A DNA stretch of 64,000 nt from a virus (taxonomy: Duplodnaviria > Caudoviricetes): IMG/VR virus record IMGVR_UViG_3300033121_001571; one strand, 5' to 3'. Numbering within the stretch: the first letter of the stretch is position 1; each line of letters starts with the position of its first letter. The notes beneath the pieces are model-generated. The model saw only the letters and a list, made by a program, of their open reading frames with translations. It was not told the DNA's origin and did not search any database. A program made the translations under genes and the position numbers. Of this stretch, positions 51,041 through 60,534 are shown piece by piece.

Positions 51041-53040
51041 TCACCAGTAACATGTACAGAACAAAGTGTTAACTCCTTCAATGTCTTTTTTTGAAAAAGA
51101 GTTATGGTGTAAAAAACTAACGAGTATATTTTTCTCTATGTCAAACACAAATTTCAATGTACTTTTTATTGGGTATGCAAAAAGGTTCGGAAATTTAGAA
51201 TTAAGTTCTCCCACGTACAAACCGAATATCTTTTCATTTTTGTCTAATAAAAGAGGTCTGTTGAAATTTGTTCTATGATAATAGACTCTTCCACAAGGAA
51301 GCACTCGAACAAGATTTCCAACTAAAAACTCATTTTTCATTTAGGAACTTTAAGTTTTCTTAGTAGAGTTATGGTGTGTTACGTAACAACTCATACAACA
51401 ACAATGAAGTGCGCTATAACATAGTTCATCACTGCACTGTATAAAATCAGATGTCACAAATTTGACAAGTTTTTTACTTAACAGATCAAACAAAATAACA
51501 CTAACAAAATTCACTGGTCTGTTAAACTTATAACTGTTTATATCTTTTCTGTGAAGATCTGTCACTGAGATCAAATAACCATCAAGATCTTGGTGATCAA
51601 GACTTGTGTCTTCTTCCTCTTTACAGATAGCGTTAACAGCACCGTGAGCAATTATTTTCACAACGGTGTTTTCTAAGCTCTTAGTTAGTATCATCTTCAT
51701 CTAAACACTTGTACTAGTGAGTGCTTTAAAATGAGATCAAAGAATTCACTAATGCTTTCGTTTCTTATCGAAGTGTTTTACAACACAACTTTTGCAGTAA
51801 CAAGTCCATTTCGATTGATCGCTAATAAAGTTTATGATAGAACCAGACGTTCTAAAGATAACAACTGATTTAACACAGACATCAAACATTGTAACTCTCA
51901 CAAAAAACTTGTGTGGATGGTTTGCAAATCTGTTACGATTAGGTAGATCAGACACTGAAATCACATAACCATAACAAATAGTTATGTTCTCTAAACTCTC
52001 ATTTTGTGTCTTTCTAAGAACTCTGACTCTACCATGTGGGTGAACTCTTATGAGAGTGTTAATTGTAGATGTAATGTTCTTAATCATTTTTAACGTTTTT
52101 CAAAACTAACGCTAATAAAAGATCTTACAACAAACGTTTGTGTACAGATCTATGCAATAAGAACAGCCACACCCAACAATGTTTTTATTGTTGTTGTGTG
52201 CATATCTCATAGCACTGATCAACTGAAATTCAATTAACAAATTTTCACTCAGATCAAAAATAGTGATCGCTGACTTTGTTTTAGACAGAGAACAAATTGA
52301 AACAACGATACCAAAAAATATCTGTCCACGAGGGAAAATTGACTTCTCACGAGAAACACCTTTTGAAATAAAGCCAGTTTCTCCAAAACAATGAGGAGCA
52401 AAAAATTTGAGATCACCAACTTGAGTCATTGACTACCTTTAAGGTATTGGCAAAACGCTTTTACAACTCAAACAAGTACACCTTAAAACATTGTTCACAG
52501 AAACAAGTTCACTCGGCGTAGAAAACTTCATAACGTTCATGTTCATAAATGAAAACATCGTGATCTTGTCTTGCGTTCGAGAAAGAACAAGACCAACGTG
52601 AATGAACGTTGGATTGTGTAAGTACAACGAATACCAAAGAGATAGATCGTGGGGTATTATCTGAATAATCTGTCCCACAGCAAAAACGTGTCCAAGCACT
52701 TTGGCGCTCAATGATTTGTGTGCCTCTACTAAATACTCATACACTCGAAACACTCACACTTAATCACGCTTAACACGTTATCATAAAGTGATTGTTCAGT
52801 TATCGAAAACTGCACTAACTTACCTAATTTGATGTCTAAAAAAACAACAAGTACCATACCCTCAGACTTCCACTCAGTGTTCAAAACAATACCAATTAAA
52901 GCTGAATAAGGATGAAGAGTAAATGTTTTAAACGTTTTTTCTCCAATGATATCAATCTCACTGTCGTGAGGATGAACTTTGATCACTTTAGCAATAATTC
53001 TATTTTTCACAATTTTCTCACATAGACAACGTTTTTGCAA
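51041..53040 (-). CDS. Tandem array of six divergent ~100-116 aa paralogues (PH...FD...CxCxxC)
   Basis: ORFs 51041, 51350, 51749, 52112, 52439, 52729 share V.PH(G/D), G.V.S, FD....LV.F and C-terminal CxC(xxC). Confidence 0.7.
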
Positions 53041-54827
53041 CCATAGATCTTAAATAACTTGTGTTCAAATGCTAGACTCTCTTGAGAAGCTATGTTTGGA
53101 ATAGAACGCACAAGAAAACGATCAAGTCTGTGGTGACAATCTGTCCACCAAAATCTCGGTTTTGTCTCGTGACTCACAACAAAACCTGAACTCAAATAAC
53201 CGTTACCAGAACCACCCAAACGTGTATCACGATATGTCATGATTCTGTCAAAAGAGTTTTCTTTAGCCCAAGTTGCGGCAGCGCTGATCAGTTTTGACAT
53301 TCCTCCCACAACTACCGTGTTCTTCAAAAAAGCAACTCTAGCAATCTCTAGAGTCTTATCACTCCATTTTTTGATCTGGTGTGGCTTTCTAACAGTCAGT
53401 GTTGCTACAGTCTCGCCATTTTCTGTCTCAAGAATAAATCCTTTTGAAGCTGGCACGTTACCATCGATGTGATTTTCAACAAGAAATTCCGCAACAGATG
53501 CTGGATGAACTGCACGTACTCTGAGCCTTCGAGCAAAGATCTTCTTTGCTTTTTGCAGTTTGACTCTGATCATGCTCTTGATGATCTCTCGCTTGGTGAG
53601 ATCTTGCCATTCGTCTTCAAACACATGTAACAAAGAAGTGTTTGTTGTAGAGGCTAGATCTGACTTTTTCTGGTGATACTCACTGTCTGATATCACAGCA
53701 TCAGAGTGCCAGTATAATCCATTACACTCAATCGCAAATCTCTGATCACTTGACAGTATGTCTAGCTCTAACGGAGCTATTCGTTTTCGATCATTAAGCG
53801 TTGCTCCCGGATCGAACGTCAAGACGTATTCATAGATCTCACTCTGCCACCTTGAAATGACACGTGGATTGCAAGTTGAACACAGCTTTCCCTTACATAG
53901 AGATGACAGTTTTACTTGACAAGTCTCTCCGCACTCTTTACAAGAGACAACAATAAGACTTTGAAATCCAGCAACTTCATATGAATCAACATTCCATTTA
54001 TCTTTCACCGATTCAAGTCTCTCAGCGATCATCTCATGAGTGATTCTAAACGGTGAATTCACTCCCAACTCTATGAGTCTTTTTCTTGTCTGAATTATCT
54101 GTTGTTTGACTCTGTCAGCACAAGCTTTGTGTACCCAGTGACTGGATTTGACACTCTCACTGAGGTTTTCAGAACGTCTCTTTATTCTATCATCAGTCTC
54201 AGACGTTTGTCCGTGTTGAGTCCAGTGCTTTTCTTTCTTCCATTTTTCTGTGAGTGTCTTAGATATCTGAACAGCCGCTTGAGCTACTGAAGCACTGTTT
54301 TCTTTCGTCTGCCCAGAGCGCCAGTGACCGTTCTTTTTTATGAAATCTCTGCACTTTGTTGCAGCGATTCTCACAGACTCGCTCGTCTGTTCTGTCAGAC
54401 CCTTGTTCCAAGCTGGAGTGTTATTTCGTTTTCTAGTTTCGGCTCCACGAAGCTGAGAGTTTTTCTTGCTACACTTTCCGCAGAGCCTCTCATAACCAGA
54501 CTGAAATGACAAGAACTTGACAGGCCCAAAACACTGAGTGCACGGTCCTGGGTGAGAGACAAACAACAAATAAGCATCTTCAGCTAAGACACTGTGAACT
54601 TTTGCTAAGTGAGCTCGAACACTGTTAAGACTTGCTTTCATCTGTTGAGAGCAGATCGGACACTTCGAAAGAAGTGATATCGTCGGAGGGCCTGAGGTCC
54701 CTCGCGAAAACTTTTCCTCTTGCGGTGATAACTTCTTGGTCTCCAAACATTCTTTTTGTTGATCCGTCTTCAAGACAGATCTCAATCCATCCTCGTCGTT
54801 GTCTTTCATCTTTGATGATGAGTTCAA
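53007..54827 (-). mobile_element. Large Zn-finger Vsr/DUF559-like homing endonuclease (HEN2) with GNAT-like C-terminal domain; true start uncertain
   Basis: CPIC..H..H finger, PAWNKGLT repeats, ELDI...AIECNGLYWHS, LLHVFEDEW, IFARRL. Confidence 0.85.
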
Positions 54828-55512
54828 TTGTTCTCTCTACCAGTCTAAGCGTTTCAAGGCCAAGCAGATCATATTTAATGAAATTTCCGATCGCCTCTAG
54901 ATGTTTATAATTTACTCCCTCTACCCAAGGACTCTGAGGTTCCCCTTTTGATGTGATAAGAGGCATCTTATCAGGAAGATCGTCAGCTATTAGCACTCCA
55001 CCCGCGTGACGACCCAAAGAACGACCCTGTTTGAACAAGACATTCATAGACTCACCCACTTCAGGGTGCTTGTCAATGAAGTCTTTGAAAGGCTTATCGT
55101 ACTTCAGAGCATCTTCATACGTGAGAACAAACAAGTTCTTGTCATCACCGTGCTTTGTTGTTGCTTTTCTGACGCTTTGTTCAACTGTCTTCGTGGCAGC
55201 ATTGACTTCTTCGAACGGTATGCCATAGAACTTGCTGAGATCTTTTAGAAGAGATTTGACTTTAAATGCGTTGACATTTGAGATCGGAACAACGTTTTCA
55301 TATCCAAAGAAATTTCTCAGCTGATCAAGCACGAGATCTCTGTTAGCAAGATCAGAATCGATATCGGGAGACCCAGAGTTATGCGTTAAAACCCAATTGG
55401 TGTTGTCTTGTGATATCCAAAATGTATGATTATTCTCAACTTCTATATCAATAAGACGTGTACTTTCTTCAACTATTTGAATCGATTCTATCTTAGCTGT
55501 GTTTGTTAACAA
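54625..55512 (-). CDS. dnaE: DnaE fragment 2 (catalytic palm): IntC1 (55378-55512), extein, vestigial IntN half (about 54628-54786)
   Basis: WVLTHN|SGSPDIDSD, GRHAGG, KYDLLGL. Confidence 0.95.
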   Translation of the reverse strand: MLTNTAKIESIQIVEESTRLIDIEVENNHTFWISQDNTNWVLTHNSGSPDIDSDLANRDLVLDQLRNFFGYENVVPISNVNAFKVKSLLKDLSKFYGIPFEEVNAATKTVEQSVRKATTKHGDDKNLFVLTYEDALKYDKPFKDFIDKHPEVGESMNVLFKQGRSLGRHAGGVLIADDLPDKMPLITSKGEPQSPWVEGVNYKHLEAIGNFIKYDLLGLETLRLVERTIELIIKDERQRRGWIEICLEDGSTKRMFGDQEVITARGKVFARDLRPSDDITSFEVSDLLSTDESKS

Positions 55513-56482
55513 GACTTTCCTTATGTTTAGAAATTAAATGTTTTGTATTCTTGTAATTACGGTTTTCTAAATTTGGAATTACCTTATAAAGACCTTCATT
55601 ACGTAATGAAGCATAAAAATCTTCCATATAGATAACATCTATAATAATTCCTTGTGCAATTAACAAATTGCGTATTTTCATATTAGAATTTAACAATTTT
55701 GAAAACAGTGAATCACTTTCTCTAACACCTTTTAATTCAATATAACGATTTTCATTGGGAAAGAAAAAATCAGGCGTATAACAAACATCCCTACCTTCAC
55801 TTGTTACATGAAAAGTTTTGCTTTCATAAAGCGGTACATTTGATTTATAGATACAATATCGATAAAAATCTGCCTCAAATGAACTTTTGAAATAAGGACT
55901 ATTCTCAATATCTAAACGCCATCCAGATCTACCATTTATATGGATTGCTATCATTCCTTTTGATTGAGCTTCAAAAGTACATTTTTTACTACAAAATCTC
56001 ATTTTATAACTCTGCTTAGTAGATTTTACTAAGCCACATACTTGGCACACACATTTTATTTTGTTTTCTTTACTCTTTTGCGTACATTTAGCACTACAAT
56101 ACTTTCTTTTTTGATTTTTTGATTCAAAAATCACATTACAATAATTACACGTCATTTGAACAATTGGATTCTTAGTTAGAGTCTTAGAAGTTTCTATTTT
56201 AGAACACGCTCTAGAACAAAATTTTCGCCCCAATTTAGATTGGGGCACAAAGTATTCTTTGTTACATAACAGACAATTTTTCATAAACCGACCTACAATA
56301 AAATTTCTAACGCTAGAGCGCTTTTGTTTGTTTTTAACTTGACACTCAGTAGAACAGTACATTCTAGCTAACTTGCTAGTTGAACCTTTACCCACGCCAG
56401 AGCACTCAATTTGAAATATTTTTTCACAATATTTACAAGTTTTCTTTACTATGATCATAGTGGTACGTATACAACAGATCAT
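55493..56482 (-). mobile_element. Multi-treble-clef Zn-finger PD-(D/E)XK homing endonuclease (HEN1) between IntN1 and IntC1
   Basis: Four CxxC..(F/Y)CS..C repeats; KSSFEA..YTPDFF..YIELKG; AT-rich (55621-55680 is 16/60 G+C). Confidence 0.87.
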
Positions 56483-58253
56483 CAGTTGTCAATTCATGTG
56501 TTCGTTTCTTTATGAATTTTCCATCCCCAGCACAAACTAACCACTCATGATTTTCAGAACACTTAAATGTCGTACCATTTACCTTAATAAGGTACGTTTT
56601 TGTAACATGTTGCACAGTTTTATATGTTACTCTTTGTAAAGAACCGTCTTGTGTCAAGACTTTATCTCCAACTTTAATTTCATCAAGAGACGTAGTTTTA
56701 TTTTTTTCTAAAAGAACACGAGTATTTGGTTCTAAACACCTATGAACAGAGAGAAATCTGCTAAACGGTAGGTCCCACTTGATTGGATCTAAGTCTGTGA
56801 TCTCTAAAACATAGTTAACAAGTGAACCCGCACCAGAGCCTCTACCAGGACCAACTAGAGTGACGCTTCTAGCAAGTTCCATGATCTTCTGATAAGAGAT
56901 GAAATAATCTGAGTTTTTCATCTGCTTGATGACAGACAACTCTTCTTTAAGTCTCTCTACGTACTCTTCTTTCTCTGCAAGGCCCTTCTTGATCATGCCT
57001 TCTTTGCACAGTTTACACAAGTGACTGAAAGACGAAGAGTCTTCTGGGACAAGTCTTTTGACAGGGAACTTTGGCGTCCTATCAGGTTCAACAACGCCAA
57101 TCACTTGGTGAGCAATGTCGTGTGTTCTCTCAATCGCTGCAGCGATAACTTCGTCATCATAGAACGAAGTGCCCTCTTTAGAACGCAAGTACTCATCCCA
57201 CATCTGAGAAGCGTTCTTTGGATACAATTCACACTTCAAATCATCTTTAGACTTCGGAAGAGAGTCAGGTGAGTATGTCTTGTAGTTCATAAACCCAAGC
57301 TTCTTGTATAACTCTCTTTCTTTCCAGACGTTTGGATTATAGTAGTGAGCATCACCAGTGACCACAAGTTGATCTGTGACACCGTTTCTCTTGGCAAATT
57401 CTAGTATTGATCTGTTTATCAGATTCTGAGCAAGAATTCTGTTAAATTGCAGTTCAAGATAACAGTTGCCCTTTCCAACAATATCTGTCATCAGATCATA
57501 GAAGTTTCCAACTGCTGTAACACACTTCTCCATAAGAGACGGATCGTCCAACAACGACTGGTCCATAGAATCAAACTTGATCTTCTGAAGTTCTTGAAAC
57601 ACGTTATAACTTGGAAGTCCACCCAAGCAAGCAGAGGTGACAATGATGTCACCATCTTTTGCAGCCTCACGAAGGATGCGAGAATCAATTCTGGGGAACC
57701 TATAAAAACCCTTTAAGTAGCCTAAAGCTACTGCCTGAAACATTTTCTGGAGCCCACGTGATGACTTTGGCAGTACCACCAGGTGATGGCGGCGGTTGAT
57801 TGGGTTGAAGTGCTTTGTCGTCTTTGTCTCTTCTTCATCTTCAATAGTCAAAGCATTTGAAACTTCAATGTCTTCAGTCTCATCATTTTGATCAACAACA
57901 GCAATGAGCTTCGTCTGAAGCTCTTCTTGTTTTTTCAGCAGTTTTGCTGCTGTTTTTTTCTCTGTTGCCGCTAGATCGTGTTCCTCTTTGTCTCTCTGCC
58001 ACTGTTGTAGATCAGGGTGAAAATATGCTTCTACGCCTGGGATATACTTGAAGTTTTCCCCCGCCGATTTCCACTTTTCAACAAATAATTGAGCGTGAGC
58101 ATAAGAGTTGCAGTGACCGTGCTCAGTGATTGCGTGTGCGTCTAGACCGTTTTCTTTGCAAAACTTGAAGTGTTCGTCTGGGTATCCCAAACCATCAAAT
58201 GCAGAAAACCCTGTGTGGGCGTGAAGTCCAACGAATTTCTTGGGAAATGGCAC
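56433..58253 (-). CDS. dnaE: DnaE fragment 1 (PHP domain) plus IntN1 (56436-56738); start revised to GTG 58253
   Basis: LHAHT.FS.FDG, AITEHG, GVEAY, DAHY, GPGRGSGAGSL, FSRFLSVHR|CLEPNT...CSENH. Confidence 0.96.
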   Translation of the reverse strand: MPFPKKFVGLHAHTGFSAFDGLGYPDEHFKFCKENGLDAHAITEHGHCNSYAHAQLFVEKWKSAGENFKYIPGVEAYFHPDLQQWQRDKEEHDLAATEKKTAAKLLKKQEELQTKLIAVVDQNDETEDIEVSNALTIEDEEETKTTKHFNPINRRHHLVVLPKSSRGLQKMFQAVALGYLKGFYRFPRIDSRILREAAKDGDIIVTSACLGGLPSYNVFQELQKIKFDSMDQSLLDDPSLMEKCVTAVGNFYDLMTDIVGKGNCYLELQFNRILAQNLINRSILEFAKRNGVTDQLVVTGDAHYYNPNVWKERELYKKLGFMNYKTYSPDSLPKSKDDLKCELYPKNASQMWDEYLRSKEGTSFYDDEVIAAAIERTHDIAHQVIGVVEPDRTPKFPVKRLVPEDSSSFSHLCKLCKEGMIKKGLAEKEEYVERLKEELSVIKQMKNSDYFISYQKIMELARSVTLVGPGRGSGAGSLVNYVLEITDLDPIKWDLPFSRFLSVHRCLEPNTRVLLEKNKTTSLDEIKVGDKVLTQDGSLQRVTYKTVQHVTKTYLIKVNGTTFKCSENHEWLVCAGDGKFIKKRTHELTTDDLLYTYHYDHSKENL

Positions 58254-58264
58254 GAGTTTGTGAA

Positions 58265-58293
58265 GATATACTGCTAGTAAGCAAACAGTTACA
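58265..58293 (-). promoter_or_regulatory. Promoter candidate for dnaE: TGTAAC-N17-TATATC
   Basis: Lies between the terminator and the dnaE start; same upstream element as 6171. Confidence 0.5.
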
Positions 58294-58300
58294 CAGCACC

Positions 58301-58333
58301 AAAACAAAAGGCAGGAACTGTATAGTTCCTGCC
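58301..58333 (-). terminator. Rho-independent terminator
   Basis: GGCAGGAACT-ATAC-AGTTCCTGCC followed by TTTTGTTTT on the minus strand. Confidence 0.85.
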
Positions 58334-58354
58334 CAAGAGAATTTTAAACTATTT

Positions 58355-59161
58355 TTAGCCCAAGACTTCTTCTAAAATCTTGTCAATCTTTCTTGAGAAA
58401 GACTCACCTTTCCACTTCTGTGTGTGTCCACTCTGTGGATCAGTGACTGTCAAATCACCGTCATCTCCAACAGAAATAGCTGCTTGATCTCCGTTCTTAA
58501 ACCTAGTGTCAGGTCCTGCAAGATATGCACGGCCCTTCAAACGAGTGTGTGCAGGAGCACCCCCTAATTTACCATAAATCTTGTATGTTGTCTTCTTTCC
58601 TTTTCCTGCTGCTTGTTTTGCTTGTTTTTCTGCGGGAGGAACAGGCACTGGTTTGCTGACAGGACGTTCTGCAGGAGGAACTGGAGATTTATCCGTATCA
58701 TCAAGAACCCAATTTAGCAAACTCGAATCAATTTCAGAATCTTTGAAATCTGAAGCTGCTAGACTTGGACTGACTACGGCAGGAACTTGTGGTTCGTTTC
58801 TAACAAGAGAGTCTTCAGAACCCAACGCAGCATCTGCGACTGCTTTAGACACTCGTCCAGGATTACGTCCTTGAGGAAGATTTGGTCTAGACGCAACAAT
58901 TCCATTAGCAGAGTCATAAGCTTTCTTTGCTTCAGGAGTACCAATTTGGTTAATTGCTCTCTTGACTTTTGCCATCAATTCTGGATTTTTCTTTGACTCA
59001 TCGTTATATGATGGGTTCAAAGACCTCTTTAGCTCCGTTGCCGCAGCCATGACGTCCATCATAGATGCACCATCTGGTAGACCTAACACTGCATATGGTG
59101 ATTCTGCCACCTCTGAAATTAAACGCCTAAGTTGCTTAACGTTGATTCGCATCTCAGACAT
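58355..59161 (-). CDS. Leader-motif protein with degenerate J-domain and Pro-rich linker
   Basis: MRINVKQLRRLISE; SPYAVLGL...KRSLNPS (HPD lost)...KKAYD; PVPPAE repeat. Confidence 0.7.
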   Translation of the reverse strand: MSEMRINVKQLRRLISEVAESPYAVLGLPDGASMMDVMAAATELKRSLNPSYNDESKKNPELMAKVKRAINQIGTPEAKKAYDSANGIVASRPNLPQGRNPGRVSKAVADAALGSEDSLVRNEPQVPAVVSPSLAASDFKDSEIDSSLLNWVLDDTDKSPVPPAERPVSKPVPVPPAEKQAKQAAGKGKKTTYKIYGKLGGAPAHTRLKGRAYLAGPDTRFKNGDQAAISVGDDGDLTVTDPQSGHTQKWKGESFSRKIDKILEEVLG

Positions 59162-59215
59162 ATGTATTATGAGAATAAGAACTTATCTGAAAATTATCAC
59201 CTTTACATTCAATCT

Positions 59216-60217
59216 TTATGGTGACACATTCAGCATGTTTTTAAAGTAATCGATTGTCATATCTAACCCATCAGACAGATCAATTTTTGGACTCCAATTA
59301 AGTAATTCTTTGGCTTTTGTGATATCTGGTTTTCTTTGTGTTGGATCGTCAACTGGTAGATCTTTGAATTGAATCTTGTCATTAGAGAACTTAGACCCAT
59401 AAACTTTTCTTCCAACTTTTTCTGCTAACTCTAACATAGTGAATTCAACTGGGTTTCCCAAATTCACTGGACTATCTACGCTAGCAACAGAAGCTAACGA
59501 ACAAAGCCCACTTACAAGATCACTGACATAACAAAAACTTCTTGTCTGTTTTCCATCTCCATAAATTGTCATTGGCTCATTTCTCAGTGCTTGACAAATA
59601 AAATTGCTAACAACACGACCATCATGAGGATCCATGTTTGGACCATACGTGTTAAAAATTCTAGCAACTCGAACGTCTACACCTTGTTTTTTGTACTCAA
59701 AACACAGTGCTTCTGCTACGCGTTTGCCCTCATCATAACACGATCTTGGGCCATAAGAATTTACGTTTCCCCTATAAGTCTCTGGCTGAGGAGAACAATC
59801 TGGGTCCCCATAGATTTCACTTGTGCTAGCGTGAACAACTCTACAAGAAAAGAGTTTAGCAAGTTCAAGTACATTTTTTGTACCGTTATAGCAAGCGTCT
59901 AACGTGTGCACTGGGAGATCTTGATAACGTGGTGGAGATGCGGGACACGCTAGATTGAAAATCACATCTATCTTTTTCTTTCTGTCATAAACGGGAGGTT
60001 GTAAGTTTTTAAGTCGCTTTAGAAACTTCTTTTTTGAGATGTCCTGTTGATAAAACATAAATCTTGCATCATCATACAACTCCTGAAAGTGACTTGAACA
60101 AATGCTTGAAGAAGAAAAATCATCAATCCCAATCACAGTATTGTGATTCCGTTCGAACAAACTTCCAGCTAAGTTGCTACCAATAAATCCAGCAACTCCA
60201 GTGATTAAAACTCTCAT
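59216..60217 (-). CDS. UDP-glucuronate decarboxylase (UDP-xylose synthase) family SDR
   Basis: NLACPASP, ASTSEIYGDP, GPRSCYDEGKR, RIFNTYGP, DGRVVSNF, QTRSFCYVSD, DDP.QRKPDI; TATAAT 7 nt upstream. Confidence 0.93.
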   Translation of the reverse strand: MRVLITGVAGFIGSNLAGSLFERNHNTVIGIDDFSSSSICSSHFQELYDDARFMFYQQDISKKKFLKRLKNLQPPVYDRKKKIDVIFNLACPASPPRYQDLPVHTLDACYNGTKNVLELAKLFSCRVVHASTSEIYGDPDCSPQPETYRGNVNSYGPRSCYDEGKRVAEALCFEYKKQGVDVRVARIFNTYGPNMDPHDGRVVSNFICQALRNEPMTIYGDGKQTRSFCYVSDLVSGLCSLASVASVDSPVNLGNPVEFTMLELAEKVGRKVYGSKFSNDKIQFKDLPVDDPTQRKPDITKAKELLNWSPKIDLSDGLDMTIDYFKNMLNVSP

Positions 60218-60273
60218 AATGACTATTATACAACACTAGAATCAACGTGTAACAAGTACTTATCTCAGTAAAA

Positions 60274-60534
60274 ATGACTGACAAAGACAACTCACTTAAT
60301 GAGATAAAACAAACGTTGTTAGAGAGTTTTGGTCCACAATTAGATTCGTTAGAATACTATGACACAGATCAGTTATCAGAGATGTCTAAAAAAGCAGCAA
60401 AATCTTGGACCAAGGGAACAAAAAAGTTCAAAGACAAAGTTAACAAGGCAAAAAAAGCAGGAATGAAAAATCCTGAAGGATTTGCTGCTTGGATAGAAAA
60501 GAAAGCCACGGGACACTGGCCTTCAGAAGATTGA
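60274..60534 (+). CDS. Hypothetical basic protein
   Basis: ATG ORF with upstream TACTTA; NPEGFAAW motif. Confidence 0.65.
   Translation: MTDKDNSLNEIKQTLLESFGPQLDSLEYYDTDQLSEMSKKAAKSWTKGTKKFKDKVNKAKKAGMKNPEGFAAWIEKKATGHWPSED

Noticed and set aside
54628-54777. CLEDGS as block A of a functional short IntN
   Set aside because: The segment aligns much better to the distal (block B onward) half of IntN2, and the partner fragment has no Asn/+1 nucleophile junction.
39899-58253. dnaE pieces as a decayed pseudogene or a group I intron-split gene
   Set aside because: Catalytic motifs are intact, and three of the four breaks have complete intein termini at exact extein junctions. The intervening DNA is packed with ORFs, and I saw no intron-like non-coding core, although RNA splicing at junction 2 cannot be formally excluded.
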